Assembly: GCA_046563655.1 (NCBI GenBank)
Contig: CM102285.1
Location: 12,958,001-13,022,000 of the forward strand
DNA length: 64,000 nt
Direction of reading: 5' to 3'
Origin: Yuukianura sp. NJ FZ-2021
Taxonomy: Eukaryota
A program made the translations under genes and the position numbers. The stretch's first letter is position 1; every line of letters starts with the position of its first letter. Below, in pieces: positions 25,183 to 35,518 of the stretch. Under the pieces are notes generated by a model that was not told where the DNA came from, searched no databases, and saw only the letters and a list, made by a program, of their open reading frames with translations.

Positions 25183-26734
25183 ATGCAACAGTTGACACTT
25201 GACTCTGAGCAGTTCACCATGCCTCCTCCAACTTCAGAAGACTACGAGTGTACCCTTAGCGATGAATTGCAAAAACTTGCGAAAAAGGAACTTCGCGAAG
25301 ACGCCAAGACCAGAGAACAAGCTCTCATACAAATGAGAGACTGGATTGCAAAAACGGATTACATCAAAAACTGTCGAATCGGTAAATAATATGTTTTAAA
25401 TTTTCAAAATAGGAATGCTAAAAACGAAGAAAAAATTGTAGAAAACTTGGACAAAAAATCCTGAATTTGAGTTTCCAAATCCAAAGTCGGATTAAATCCT
25501 AGAAAAAGCTGAAAATGCTGATGAATTCTTGGAGAAAGTGCTAATTTTTTTTCGATTTCTTTTTGCAGATTCGAATTTTCTGCTAAGATTTTTGCGTGTG
25601 AAGAAATTTAGCGTCCCAATGGCTCAGGATATGCTGCTGCGGTACATTTCAATGCGTCAACAGCATCCGCACTGGTTCCATCAAACGACAATTGATGACC
25701 CCATGGTCCTTGACCTCATCAACCGTGGCGTGGCCTTTGCCCTGCCCAAACGGGACAAAGCAGGGCGCCGCGTGATGTTCACAATTGGAGGTAATTTGAA
25801 AAGTTAAAGATTAAAGACTTTAAAGATTTTGCAAAACGCAAAGCCATCACTGCCATTGTCATTGCGTCACGAAACTGGTCAAGCCACTTCGTTGTTTTGT
25901 TGTAATTTTGCAATTTATTGCATACAGAGATGGATTAATTTCATTAAGTTTGCTAATTCCTGCATATGCGCGTGCAAAACGTTTTGAATGCTAAATTTAC
26001 AAACACATTGAAAAAAAGTATTTAAAAAATCTAAAACAGAATTTTGAAAATTTTGGTTTTTTTTTTCTAGGAAACATTGACCCGAATCGTCATACTGCTG
26101 AAGGTGTCATGAAAGCAATCATGTTTACATTTGAGTCTTTTCTGGAAGATGAAGAAGTTCAAATTCGTGGATTTCATCATGTTCTGGACGAAAGTGGAAT
26201 CACACTGTCCCACTTGGTACTTTGGAATCCAACCGAAATTTCACGGATTTTTAGTATTTGTGAACGTGCAATGCCCATGAGACACAAACGACTGGATTTT
26301 GTTCGTCTTCCGCATCTTCTTAACTACGTCTACGAAGTAGTAATTGGATTCATGTCGGAAAAAATGCAGAGCCGAATTCGAGTAACAGCTTCAAAACTCA
26401 CCAAATTTTTGAAACATTTACAAAATTTTTAATTTTGGAATCAAATGTCAATTTGACTCAACTTTTTTGTTTCTAGCCACACAAAGATGCAACTCATTTA
26501 TCGGAAGGTGTTGATCCCAAGATTCTACCGAAAGAATACGGTGGTGAAATGCCTCTAGCTGAAATGATTGAACTTTTTAAACAAGAAATTTCATCTCGGA
26601 ATGATCGTGTACTCGCTTTGGACCAAATGCATTTAGATTTGGAATTGATGAAGAAATCTTCAACAGCTACCAAGAAAATGAGCAGTGACATCATGGGAAT
26701 GACTGGAAGTTTCAAAAAACTGGAAATTGACTAG
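25183..26734 (+). CDS. CRAL-TRIO (Sec14) lipid-transfer protein, clavesin/alpha-TTP-like
   Basis: Exons about 25183-25381, 25569-25790, 26071-26381 and 26477-26734. Motifs AKKELRED, DSNFLLRFLRVKKFS, PKRDKAGRRV, AMPMRHK, ILPKEYGG and terminal GSFKKLEID. An upstream exon may extend the N-terminus. Confidence 0.9.
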
Positions 26735-26845
26735 AACAATTTTTGAGATTTTACAAATCCCCGAAATTTTGATTCTGAATATAATAATTTAATGAATTTT
26801 AACCATTAAATATAAACTGGACGTTCATAATGAAGCCAAAGTCTT

Positions 26846-27436
26846 CTAACTTTTCAGCTCTTTCAGCTGTTCCACAAACGATGTAGCTTCGGCAATTGTA
26901 TCAAATAAGAAATCCATTATTTCCGGATCAGGGTGTAATTTTCGCTGCAAGCCAGGGTCCCTTGATTGTAGAACCGAAACTCTAACCTCAAACCCGCCAT
27001 CCACGGCGTTTGGTACTGGAATCCCATGTCCAACATCGAAATATCGAGCAATCATTACTACCTTCTTCATATTCGAGACTTCAATCTGGCCAGTTTTCAT
27101 TGTCAGCATTACATGAGCACCTTCCACTTTCTCGTTGGGCTCAATCATCACACATGATGCACGAAGAAATGAGTTAGCGAGTGATGAATGATTCTGGATA
27201 TGAGGAGGAGGACTAAGTGCGTTCCTGCAAACAAATGGGAATTTATGATTAACACCGAAGTTCGTTATGTTATTCCCCCAGAAAACAAAAAATCCATAAT
27301 TATTACTATTAGTACATAGTATATTTAAAATAAAATATTAAAATTACTCTTCTTGTTGTGCCGTGTCAACAGCACTTTGCTGTAGGCCGTTTGCGTTGGC
27401 GATACTCCTCGTGTTGCGTCTAATTCCATCGGCCAT
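26846..27436 (-). CDS. Uncharacterised 2-exon protein
   Basis: Exons 27436-27348 and 27224-26846 join through a phase-2 intron into ORF 26846..27151. Confidence 0.6.
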
Positions 27437-27848
27437 ATTGCGACAAGTGAGAGGGTGGATTAACCTTTGACCTGAATCGATTGCTTAACAGTGACCGTGA
27501 CACAATCAAAAACTAAAAACTTAACAAGACAAGGAACACGCTGTCTCGAAAGATTTCAAATGAAATTTTCAAATTTTTAAAATGAAAATTTCAAATGAAT
27601 CTTTTCCTAAATTTTCGAATTCCTAAATCCTTAAATTCCCTCTTTTATTTCTGCCAGAGGCAGCGTCTCCAATGTTCAGAAGTAACCTACAAAAAGCAAA
27701 AGCTTCCATTTTCAAAAAAAAAAGTCGTAAACTGTGAGATGTAAGTCAGGAAATTGAGCGTTTTAATGTGAAATTTCGTCAGCGTGAAACAAAAAATCCA
27801 AGCGTAATCTAAAAAGTTCGATTAGTCTAACATTTTTAGTATCTTAGG

Positions 27849-29416
27849 TTACAGTTGGAAACAGAATTCAGGGATTTGGTCCATGTCAGTGTCCGTGATG
27901 GCTTCTTTGAAGTTGAAGCAAAGTTTGAGGTCAGATGAACACGCAATTGTGACCTGGGTTGGTTCGCCGTACTTGTACAGCGTATCATCTCCAACGATTT
28001 TGTATGAAATTGTATAAGGAGTATCTTTTGCAATTCGAATTAGTTGGGGAAATTTTACATAGAAAACGTCTTCGTCCAGACTGCAACTGACTGTTTCATC
28101 TTTAACTTGTCCATAGACTTCTGTCATGTCATAGTTCATAACCCTCACGCCAACGCTAATCTCCACATTGGGTTTCACTGCCCGGTAGAATCCGACGCTC
28201 ACCATTTTGATGTCATGATCCACTTGAAACACAAAGTTTTGCCATTTCCGTCCAAAGTTGAATCCGTAACCGTTGAGACGCTTGAAAATGTAGGAGAAAA
28301 TTTTACGTGACCGAGCGTTCGTGTTGAATTGAATTTCGGGTTCGGCTGGTTCCTCCTTTTCTGTTTGAATTTGGTTTGCAGTAGAAGCTGAACCGAGTTC
28401 AGCGCTGAAAATACAAGAAACAGTGAAAAGTAAAAAAAATTGAAACAATTTTTGAAAACTTTTCAAAATTCATACCAAATTGAATTCCGCTTTGTAACTG
28501 GAGTCGTGAGGAACTTGTATACCTGAACAGTTTGTTCCAGCGGCAAAACGTTTTTAGAAACCACGTGAACTGTGAAATCTTCCAGCGACATGCATGGAAA
28601 TCTGATCAGCGGAAAAATATGTTCTAAAACGATCGAAATATTTTCAGATTTTGCAGAATCCAGTTCTTTTCTAGCACATTCCAGTTGACCCCATCGATAA
28701 ACTGCATTGAACAGGTCAACTTCATCAACATTAAGGTCATCATGGCTCAAAAAGTATTTGAGTTGGTCGTAATTAAAATTTGAAAATTCTCCAAGCCTCA
28801 CGAGGTGACACGCTTTCGACAAAATGTAATTTTCAGTGTGCTTGAGTAGTTCAGCCTCTTCGACCAAATAAGCAGTTTGGTATATTTGGACAATGTTGCG
28901 TTCATTTGAAGAAGACCGAAGAAATTGACAACATTTTGTGACAACGTGTGTACAAATGTACTTTTTAGCCAAAAGTAAAAGTTCCAGTGCCTCTTCCACA
29001 GTTTTTGGTTTTCCATTGTAGAAGCAAGAAATTAACAGTTTGATTATTGCGGGATTGTCTTCTGGCAAATGGATTTCATCTTTGGCTGATGCTGATGGCG
29101 ACAGCGTGACGACCGTCGTGGTGACACTGTCGCCACTGTTGCTAGTTGCCTCTTGTTTAGTTGATCCTGCACTGACCCAACGAGTACTCAGCATAGACTC
29201 GAAAACTGGTGAATGAAGAATTAGAATAACTTTGTGACATGGGACGGACACTGGAGTTCCAGCAGCGCTTCCAGCCCAAACGACCGTGTCAGTGTAAAGC
29301 TGATTTTGAAAAACATGAGCCCATTTTTCTTCCAGCGATTTGAGCTGAATTTGCCACGGATTTTCAAATTTCTTGCTTCCAGCTCCAGTTGTCGGAGGCA
29401 CAATGATTTCACCCAT
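27849..29416 (-). CDS. BTB-BACK-PHR domain protein (BTBD1/2/3/6-like)
   Basis: Exons 29416-28476 and 28404-27849. BTB (CHKVILILHSPVFESML, EIHLPE), BACK (EVDLFNAVYRWG, LIRFPCMS) and a PHR-like C-terminus (FQVDHDIKMVSVGFY, QIPEFCF). Confidence 0.88.
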
Positions 29417-30330
29417 TTTTTTAAACAATTAAAAAACTTTCAGTTTTTAATTCAAAATTTAACACCTCGACGAGCTCTTAATTAGGCAATGTAAATTAAC
29501 ACGAAAGAGCTCCTCAGCAAGTCTTAGCTCGCTCAAATCCAATGCTTGAATAACTCGAAATGTGAAATCTGACATGATTTTTTAGAAACAGAAGACAAGA
29601 GGTATTAAAGAACTTTTTAGAGGTAAAAGGCTAATATGTTAAACTGTTTCTATTTGTTTTACTTTTTGCAAAGAACTAAAATTTTGGCAAAGATTTTGGT
29701 TTCCTTTTCACTTTCAGCCGAGCAGGTACTGTACTACATCAAGCAGCGAGTTTAAATGGACATGAAGACGCTTTGATCTAAAAATAAAATTTTGACTTCA
29801 AAACAGCGCTGTTTCAACATTTCTCGTTTCTGAGAAAGATCAGATTTCTTCAACTAACCTAAATCACGTCTTCAGAAATCTTGTTTTGGAGAGACAGCAA
29901 AAAACTTAGCTAATTTTTTGAAAACCAAAAACAGGTTGAGCTCATTATTTTAGAAAATGGCAAAACCCTCCTAGCAGGAACCACAAAGAGAACTTTTTAA
30001 ATTTTGGCAACCCCCACTCGTATTTTTCAAAATTTCAAAACAGGACTGAAAAGAACGAATTTTGACCTAAAAACCTACAAGCTTCAGAAAAATTTATCAA
30101 AATACGAAATGTTAAACTATCTCCACGGTTTCCGTTTTTTAGACCAGGAATGTTTGCAAATTGAAACGAAGTTATTTGAAAAATCTGAAAATTAGAACAC
30201 AAGATAGATTTCGTTACATTTTCACGCGAACGTACCGGGAGGGGTCAAAGGTCAGAAATCACTGACCTACTTGGAAGTTTACAAAAAAAAATTGTTTGTA
30301 CAGTGACTACAGTATCTCCATAAAGTAAAA

Positions 30331-31935
30331 ATGTCAAAGAACGTGAACGTTGATGTAATAAAGAAAGACTATCAAACCGACACGACCATGGGTCGCGTGT
30401 CCCAAGTCACCAGAGAACTATCCCGTGCCTTTGAGAATCCCAACGTTACAGTTAACGTGTCGGATGCGATGGCTGCAATTTACAATTCCACGATACTGCC
30501 AGTACCCGGGACGAAAGGCTCGAATAAAAAAGCTGTAAAGCCTTGGGTGAAAAGGGAGAAAGCTGCTCGCGCTGCCACCCGTGGAACCAAACTTCGTCGA
30601 AAACTTCTTAATTTGAGAACCTTCGAAGAACGCAATGTCGAATTCAGGTTGTGGCTACAATCAAAACACATTTTGAAATAATAATGAATTTCAAATTTCA
30701 AAAATTTCAAAATTTCAGACCCGAAGTACCTCCAAAAGTCGGACTTCGACTGGAACGAACCATGGGCACACCGATTCTGAAGCTGTTTGACCACAAGTAC
30801 ATGACAAAACTGTCCGCGAAGATCCGTACTGCAGATGAAGAGCAGATTCAGGAGAGGATTGAAAAACGAAGAAAAGTCGAAGTTCAAAGACGTCGTCAAT
30901 TGGTAATTGATGGAAAGGCACAACCGGAACCTGGAGAGGAAGATCTTCTCAATCATCCTGTTTTGAGGTAAATCTTGACAGTTCCTATGCTTGGAGCATC
31001 AAATGCTGCTAAATGTGCTGTTTCTCTTGCTGCCAAGGTGCAAACGTGTGATGGAGCGGGTCGGCAAGGTCAAAGATGTGGAGGGTCCGGTGGTTCATGG
31101 AATTCCAGTTCCTTTTCAAAAGAAATTAAAGAAGTTAACACTCGTGGAACCATTTGACAAGTTTGAGCGTACTGGCATTCTGTTTGGCGAGCACAAGAAT
31201 CATTACTTACGAGTCCAGCGAGTCAGAGGTGACAGTGTTCAGCCAAAGTCCGAAGATTCTCAAAGTACTTTCCACTTTCCGTCGTTTCTGGCTAAGGGTA
31301 CTAGTAAAAAGCCACCGCGATCTAAACAGCGAAGTTCCTACTCCTTGCTGGACGTTCATGGAAAGTCTCATTCATCAGTTAGTATTCATCGAAGTGAAGA
31401 ACTTCCAGAGCAGAAAGCGGCGTCTACAGGAACCGTGCCAGAGAAACCGACGGAGAATGTCACCGAAGTTCCGGAAGCTGGTTCAGCAGTGAACGTGGAA
31501 ACGACTTCGGACGTGGTTCCAGCCGGTTCTCAAGAAGTAATTGATGAGCTCATACCCCTTTATGATCCGGATTCGGACGTATCCAGTCAAGAAGAAGGAA
31601 CTGGAACGCAAGAAACTGAACGGGTATTTGGAGTTTCGGATCGCGTTGTCCAGGAGCTCTCGATGAGTGAACTAGAGAAATTGTATAAACGAGTTAGGTC
31701 TAAATTGATGGACGAAGTCTTCAAGGAAAATCAGGTTTGACCTTGACCTTGAGCGAGATGAAGTGACATTAGGGTGACATCTTTTTTGTTTCTTTTGCAG
31801 GAGCTGGCAGCATCGCTCTTTGAAACGAGTGCAAACGTAATCCAAGCGTACAAGAGAGGACAAGCCAAAACTGACGAATTCTGCAAGACTTCCCATCGAC
31901 AGGCCTTCAACTTCGAAAACACTCCGAAAAGCTAA
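30331..31935 (+). CDS. Orphan family paralog B (4 exons)
   Basis: Exons 30331-30647, 30719-30967, 31038-31734 and 31801-31935 (phases 2, 2, 0). Same motifs and intron phases as 3136-4556. Confidence 0.85.
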
Positions 31936-32534
31936 ACCTCCCTGGAAAACATCAAAAAATGATTTAAAATCTTTCAAAACCATTGAATTGGAAATAGAAT
32001 TTCAAAATTTTGCTTACCCACAAACCTTCCAAACCTCAATTAAACTCAAATTTCAGAAAATTTTAGGAATTTATTTTATTTTAGATTATTTTAGGAAGGA
32101 AAAAGTGTCAAGTGAAATCCAATCAAATAAGTTCAATTTTAATATAAATTCAAATAATTTATAATGCAAACTTTGGAATTGTTAAGAAACATCTTATGAT
32201 ACAACTTTAGAAGTAGAAGTTCTGAGTAATATTTCTTGATAAAAAGTACTAGGAGTGAGGTGGAAGTTCACGTTACAGTAGGACTTTTAAAGTTCAATTA
32301 AACATAACAGCACCTTGGACTTAACAATTCCACGTCTCAAAAAGAGACAAAAGGGCGCAAAACGTAAAACTATAACGAGAGTACTCAATAATCTCAATTT
32401 TTAAGAACAATTAAATCAGATAGTGAAAAAAATACTTCAAAGAAAAAGCCAACACCTAGACGTCAGAAATAGTTAGGACTAAAGAACAATCACGCATGCA
32501 CTGCCGGTGTAATTCGGCCAGACAATCTCAGTGT

Positions 32535-34947
32535 TTACTTAATCTTCTTCTCTACCGGCGAGACTTTGATTGTCTTCTGTTCCTCGGCGGAGCCTTCAAT
32601 GCCTTTTACATCTTCCGGTTTTGCTGGATGATCCTCATATCTGTAAAAAACAACAAAAAATGGAATTTAGATTCAGAAAAAGTTAAGGTTGTCGATGCAT
32701 CTTAACTGTACGCTGTCTTAACCGATTTCCATCAATTATTGATGGAGTTCCGTGTAAGATCAGCAAGGAAGAAGAGAAGGATGCGGAAAAAGACTCCCTT
32801 TTAATTAATTTTGGGTTCGCTGCGAATGAACTTCCCATTTTCAACAGAAAAGTTCACAGAAATCAACCCACAGAAAAGTACTACTACTATGAAGAACTAT
32901 TGAATAATTTAAGACAGGACAAGGAAATAAGAGACCCAACGGGATTCGAACCCACGTCTCGTCCTACAATAGCAAACACTTCTCCGTTTGAGCTATCGAC
33001 ACCTTGCGGCATGTTACACACCGAGTTAGCCACTAATATAGCATTTGCCTAATGCAAACTTAAAAAAAAAACTAAAAAGTAACTTACTGAAACATGGCCT
33101 TATAGTCTCCTTTGATAAGTGCCATAAGAATTGGAAATCCAAGACATGTTGGAACCAAGTACAGCAGTGCCGGCTGCGCATGACGGTAGACGTGCATTAC
33201 GAAGATGGTTAACAATAGGCCGAAGATGTAAGCAGCGAATCCAGTGTTGAAATAGGTGCGACTATTACGGCTGAGACTATGGAATAACAATACACATGAT
33301 TTCCACAACTGAAATACATTGGATTACTATTCCAAACCAAATTGAAACGTACTGGACATCGAAACGTAGAAGCAGAGCGATGAAAATTCCGGGTAAAACG
33401 ATGTCACCGAGACCCAGCATTGCGAAGTTGTCTGCAGCCAAACCCTTCTCAAGAATGTCTTGTGGAAACACCACTGAAACGCAGAGAAATATAGTTCACT
33501 CGAATGAAATTAGTGATTTGGCGGTAACCTACTTTCTAGAAGCAATTAGCAAAGTTATCAGTACTTCTTAGAGGTAGAGTATGTTCACGAAAAGTAACAC
33601 TCAAGTTTAACATCATTTCAAATCAAAATTTCAATATCGCCGCGATCATAACTGGAGTTGACTTACATTTGATTGGAGCTTCGAAGGATTTTGCAACTGT
33701 GACCATAACGTTGGTTCCAAAAACCCAGAAAACGTCATAGACAAATAATCCTCCCAGGAGAATACATCCAGTCAGCACACTGTTCAAATGCAGGAGCTCA
33801 ACTCCGTTGATGGCAAAAGCCATTCCGAACAGATTATTGGCGACCCAGTGCTACACGCATAAGAGAAACATTAATCATAACAAGACGACCGCCACCGCAG
33901 CATAAATTAGTTACGTACCTTTTGGAACAAATACCATAGTCCAAATACAGTGCAAATTGCCAAGCATATGATATCGTGCGTGGAAAATTGGTAATCGATC
34001 ATATCAGATGCTTCATTTCCTTTCGTCTCCTTCTGGCTAAATTTCAAATGGTACTCAATCAGTGGAATGCTTCCTGGAATTAACTTGGATATCACAGGGC
34101 TAAAAAAAAAAAGGAAACAATTATAACATCATCAACGCCGGAGGATGAGGTAAAGATGTGTAATGTTGTGTATCTGCGAATCCACAGTACAATTCTGTGC
34201 CCTCAATTTAAGTATGAACAACATTATCATGATTTCGATTTCGGGAAAGTGAGAATGGCCAATTTGATTAGTACAAAAAAGTCATGGTCGACCCCCCTTT
34301 TCTTCCAATCTGAAATGCTACAACTCTTTACACCGAATTTCCGTAAAAGTTCTATATATAAGTTAAGTAAGCAGTATACCTGAAGAGATGCGACAGTGCT
34401 AACACTCCAAGGAAGAAAAAGTAGAAGGTTAGGAGCAGATTGATGTACTCTTTGGAAAATACCTGTGTGATAAAGAATCAAAATCTCCATTTTGATTCAT
34501 GTATAACGATACAATTGCTTTGAAACTATTACATACCTGGAAAAACACATAGAGACCAAACAATGCTCCACTGGCAATCAGCGGAAACATAGCCGCATCC
34601 TTATGGGACATCGTGTCCGGTTTCTCCCCGGAAGCCTGGAATTCCATTAAGAAAGCAATTATTAATCAGCATGTACTACCTCATTTGATGTCAAATTTAA
34701 TGAAAACGAACTACAATGAAAGTGTCCGTGTGCTTACAAAGTATTCAGTACTTACCTTTTGTTCCTTATGGTGCGTAACAGATCTAAATGCCCCGAGAAC
34801 GATGGGCAGAAGTGCCATGATGACCAGACTTCCATAAGCGATGAACATACCTTCTTGAGTAGCTGGAATCTTAGTTCCGGTCACATTGGCAATCGTATCG
34901 TTTTGACCAGCAACATCTCCTGTAGCAGCTGGTGGTACATCCGCCAT
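32535..34947 (-). CDS. HM13: Signal peptide peptidase (HM13/SPP, GxGD intramembrane aspartyl protease)
   Basis: Eight exons: 34947-34756, 34635-34537, 34462-34380, 34099-33919, 33850-33667, 33473-33353, 33276-33088 and 32640-32535. YDVFWVFGT, LGLGDIV, QPALLYLVP and a C-terminal KKIK ER-retrieval signal. Confidence 0.95.
32931..33003 (-). pseudogene. Degenerate tRNA-like sequence (SINE head or pseudo-tRNA) in the last SPP intron
   Basis: Minus strand has A box TAGCTCAAACGG and B box GGTTCGAATCC at tRNA spacing, but the acceptor and D stems pair poorly. Confidence 0.6.
34156..34316 (-). ncRNA. Candidate intronic box H/ACA snoRNA in SPP intron 3
   Basis: 3' hairpin AATGTTGT...CACAG-loop-CTGTG...ACAACATT followed directly by ACA. 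A possible 5' hairpin and AAATCA hinge (ANANNA) lie upstream. The host intron is 280 nt, against 60-80 nt for most introns here. Confidence 0.35.
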
Positions 34948-35063
34948 TTTGCGCTAATTCGACTTCCTAAGATATCAACTTCACCAGAAATTGTTGCCAG
35001 ACGTGACCTTGACCTCACAACTACCGAAACCGGAAGACGTATGACCGCTGTAGCTGCTGCTTA

Positions 35064-35076
35064 CAAAATGGCCGCC
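35064..35076 (+). promoter_or_regulatory. YY1/PHO-type site in the SPP promoter
   Basis: CAAAATGGCCGCC about 120 nt upstream of the SPP ATG. Confidence 0.4.
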
Positions 35077-35518
35077 AAACTAAGTATTGAACTTGGAGAC
35101 GCAACAGCTGCAGCTGTTAAAAATGAAATGAACGAAGCAATTGGAGTTTTTAGAGGAGCAGTGCGAAAAAAAAGACAAGCCGAAGAACTGCAGTGATTTT
35201 GAAATTTCGCGCCTTCCAAATCCACGTAAGTTTGTTAGACGCCAAATCCGTTAACATAACGGGATGAAAACCGGAGAAAGTAAACTTTCCCCACTTAACT
35301 TACCCAAGTTAATCTAATTAACGACACTAATTAACTCCAATTTAACCATTTTTGGACATTAAGTATCACAACCAACGTCACAGTAGTTTAATAAACTCCG
35401 CAATTAACTAAAATAGTGCCTAACATCTCGGAATTTACCACAAAATCTTAACAAAGTTGCAGTTCACAGGTGAAAATCAATTGGAATTGTCTAGAACTTG
35501 ATCATTTCTTAACTAATT

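Noticed and set aside
28404..28476. Apparent frameshift between ORFs 28463..29428 and 27849..28466 (also 2131..2349 vs 1418..2164)
   Set aside because: Short canonical GT-AG introns restore the frame in both cases.
32931..33003. Functional tRNA gene
   Set aside because: The acceptor and D stems do not pair adequately, so it is treated as a relic.
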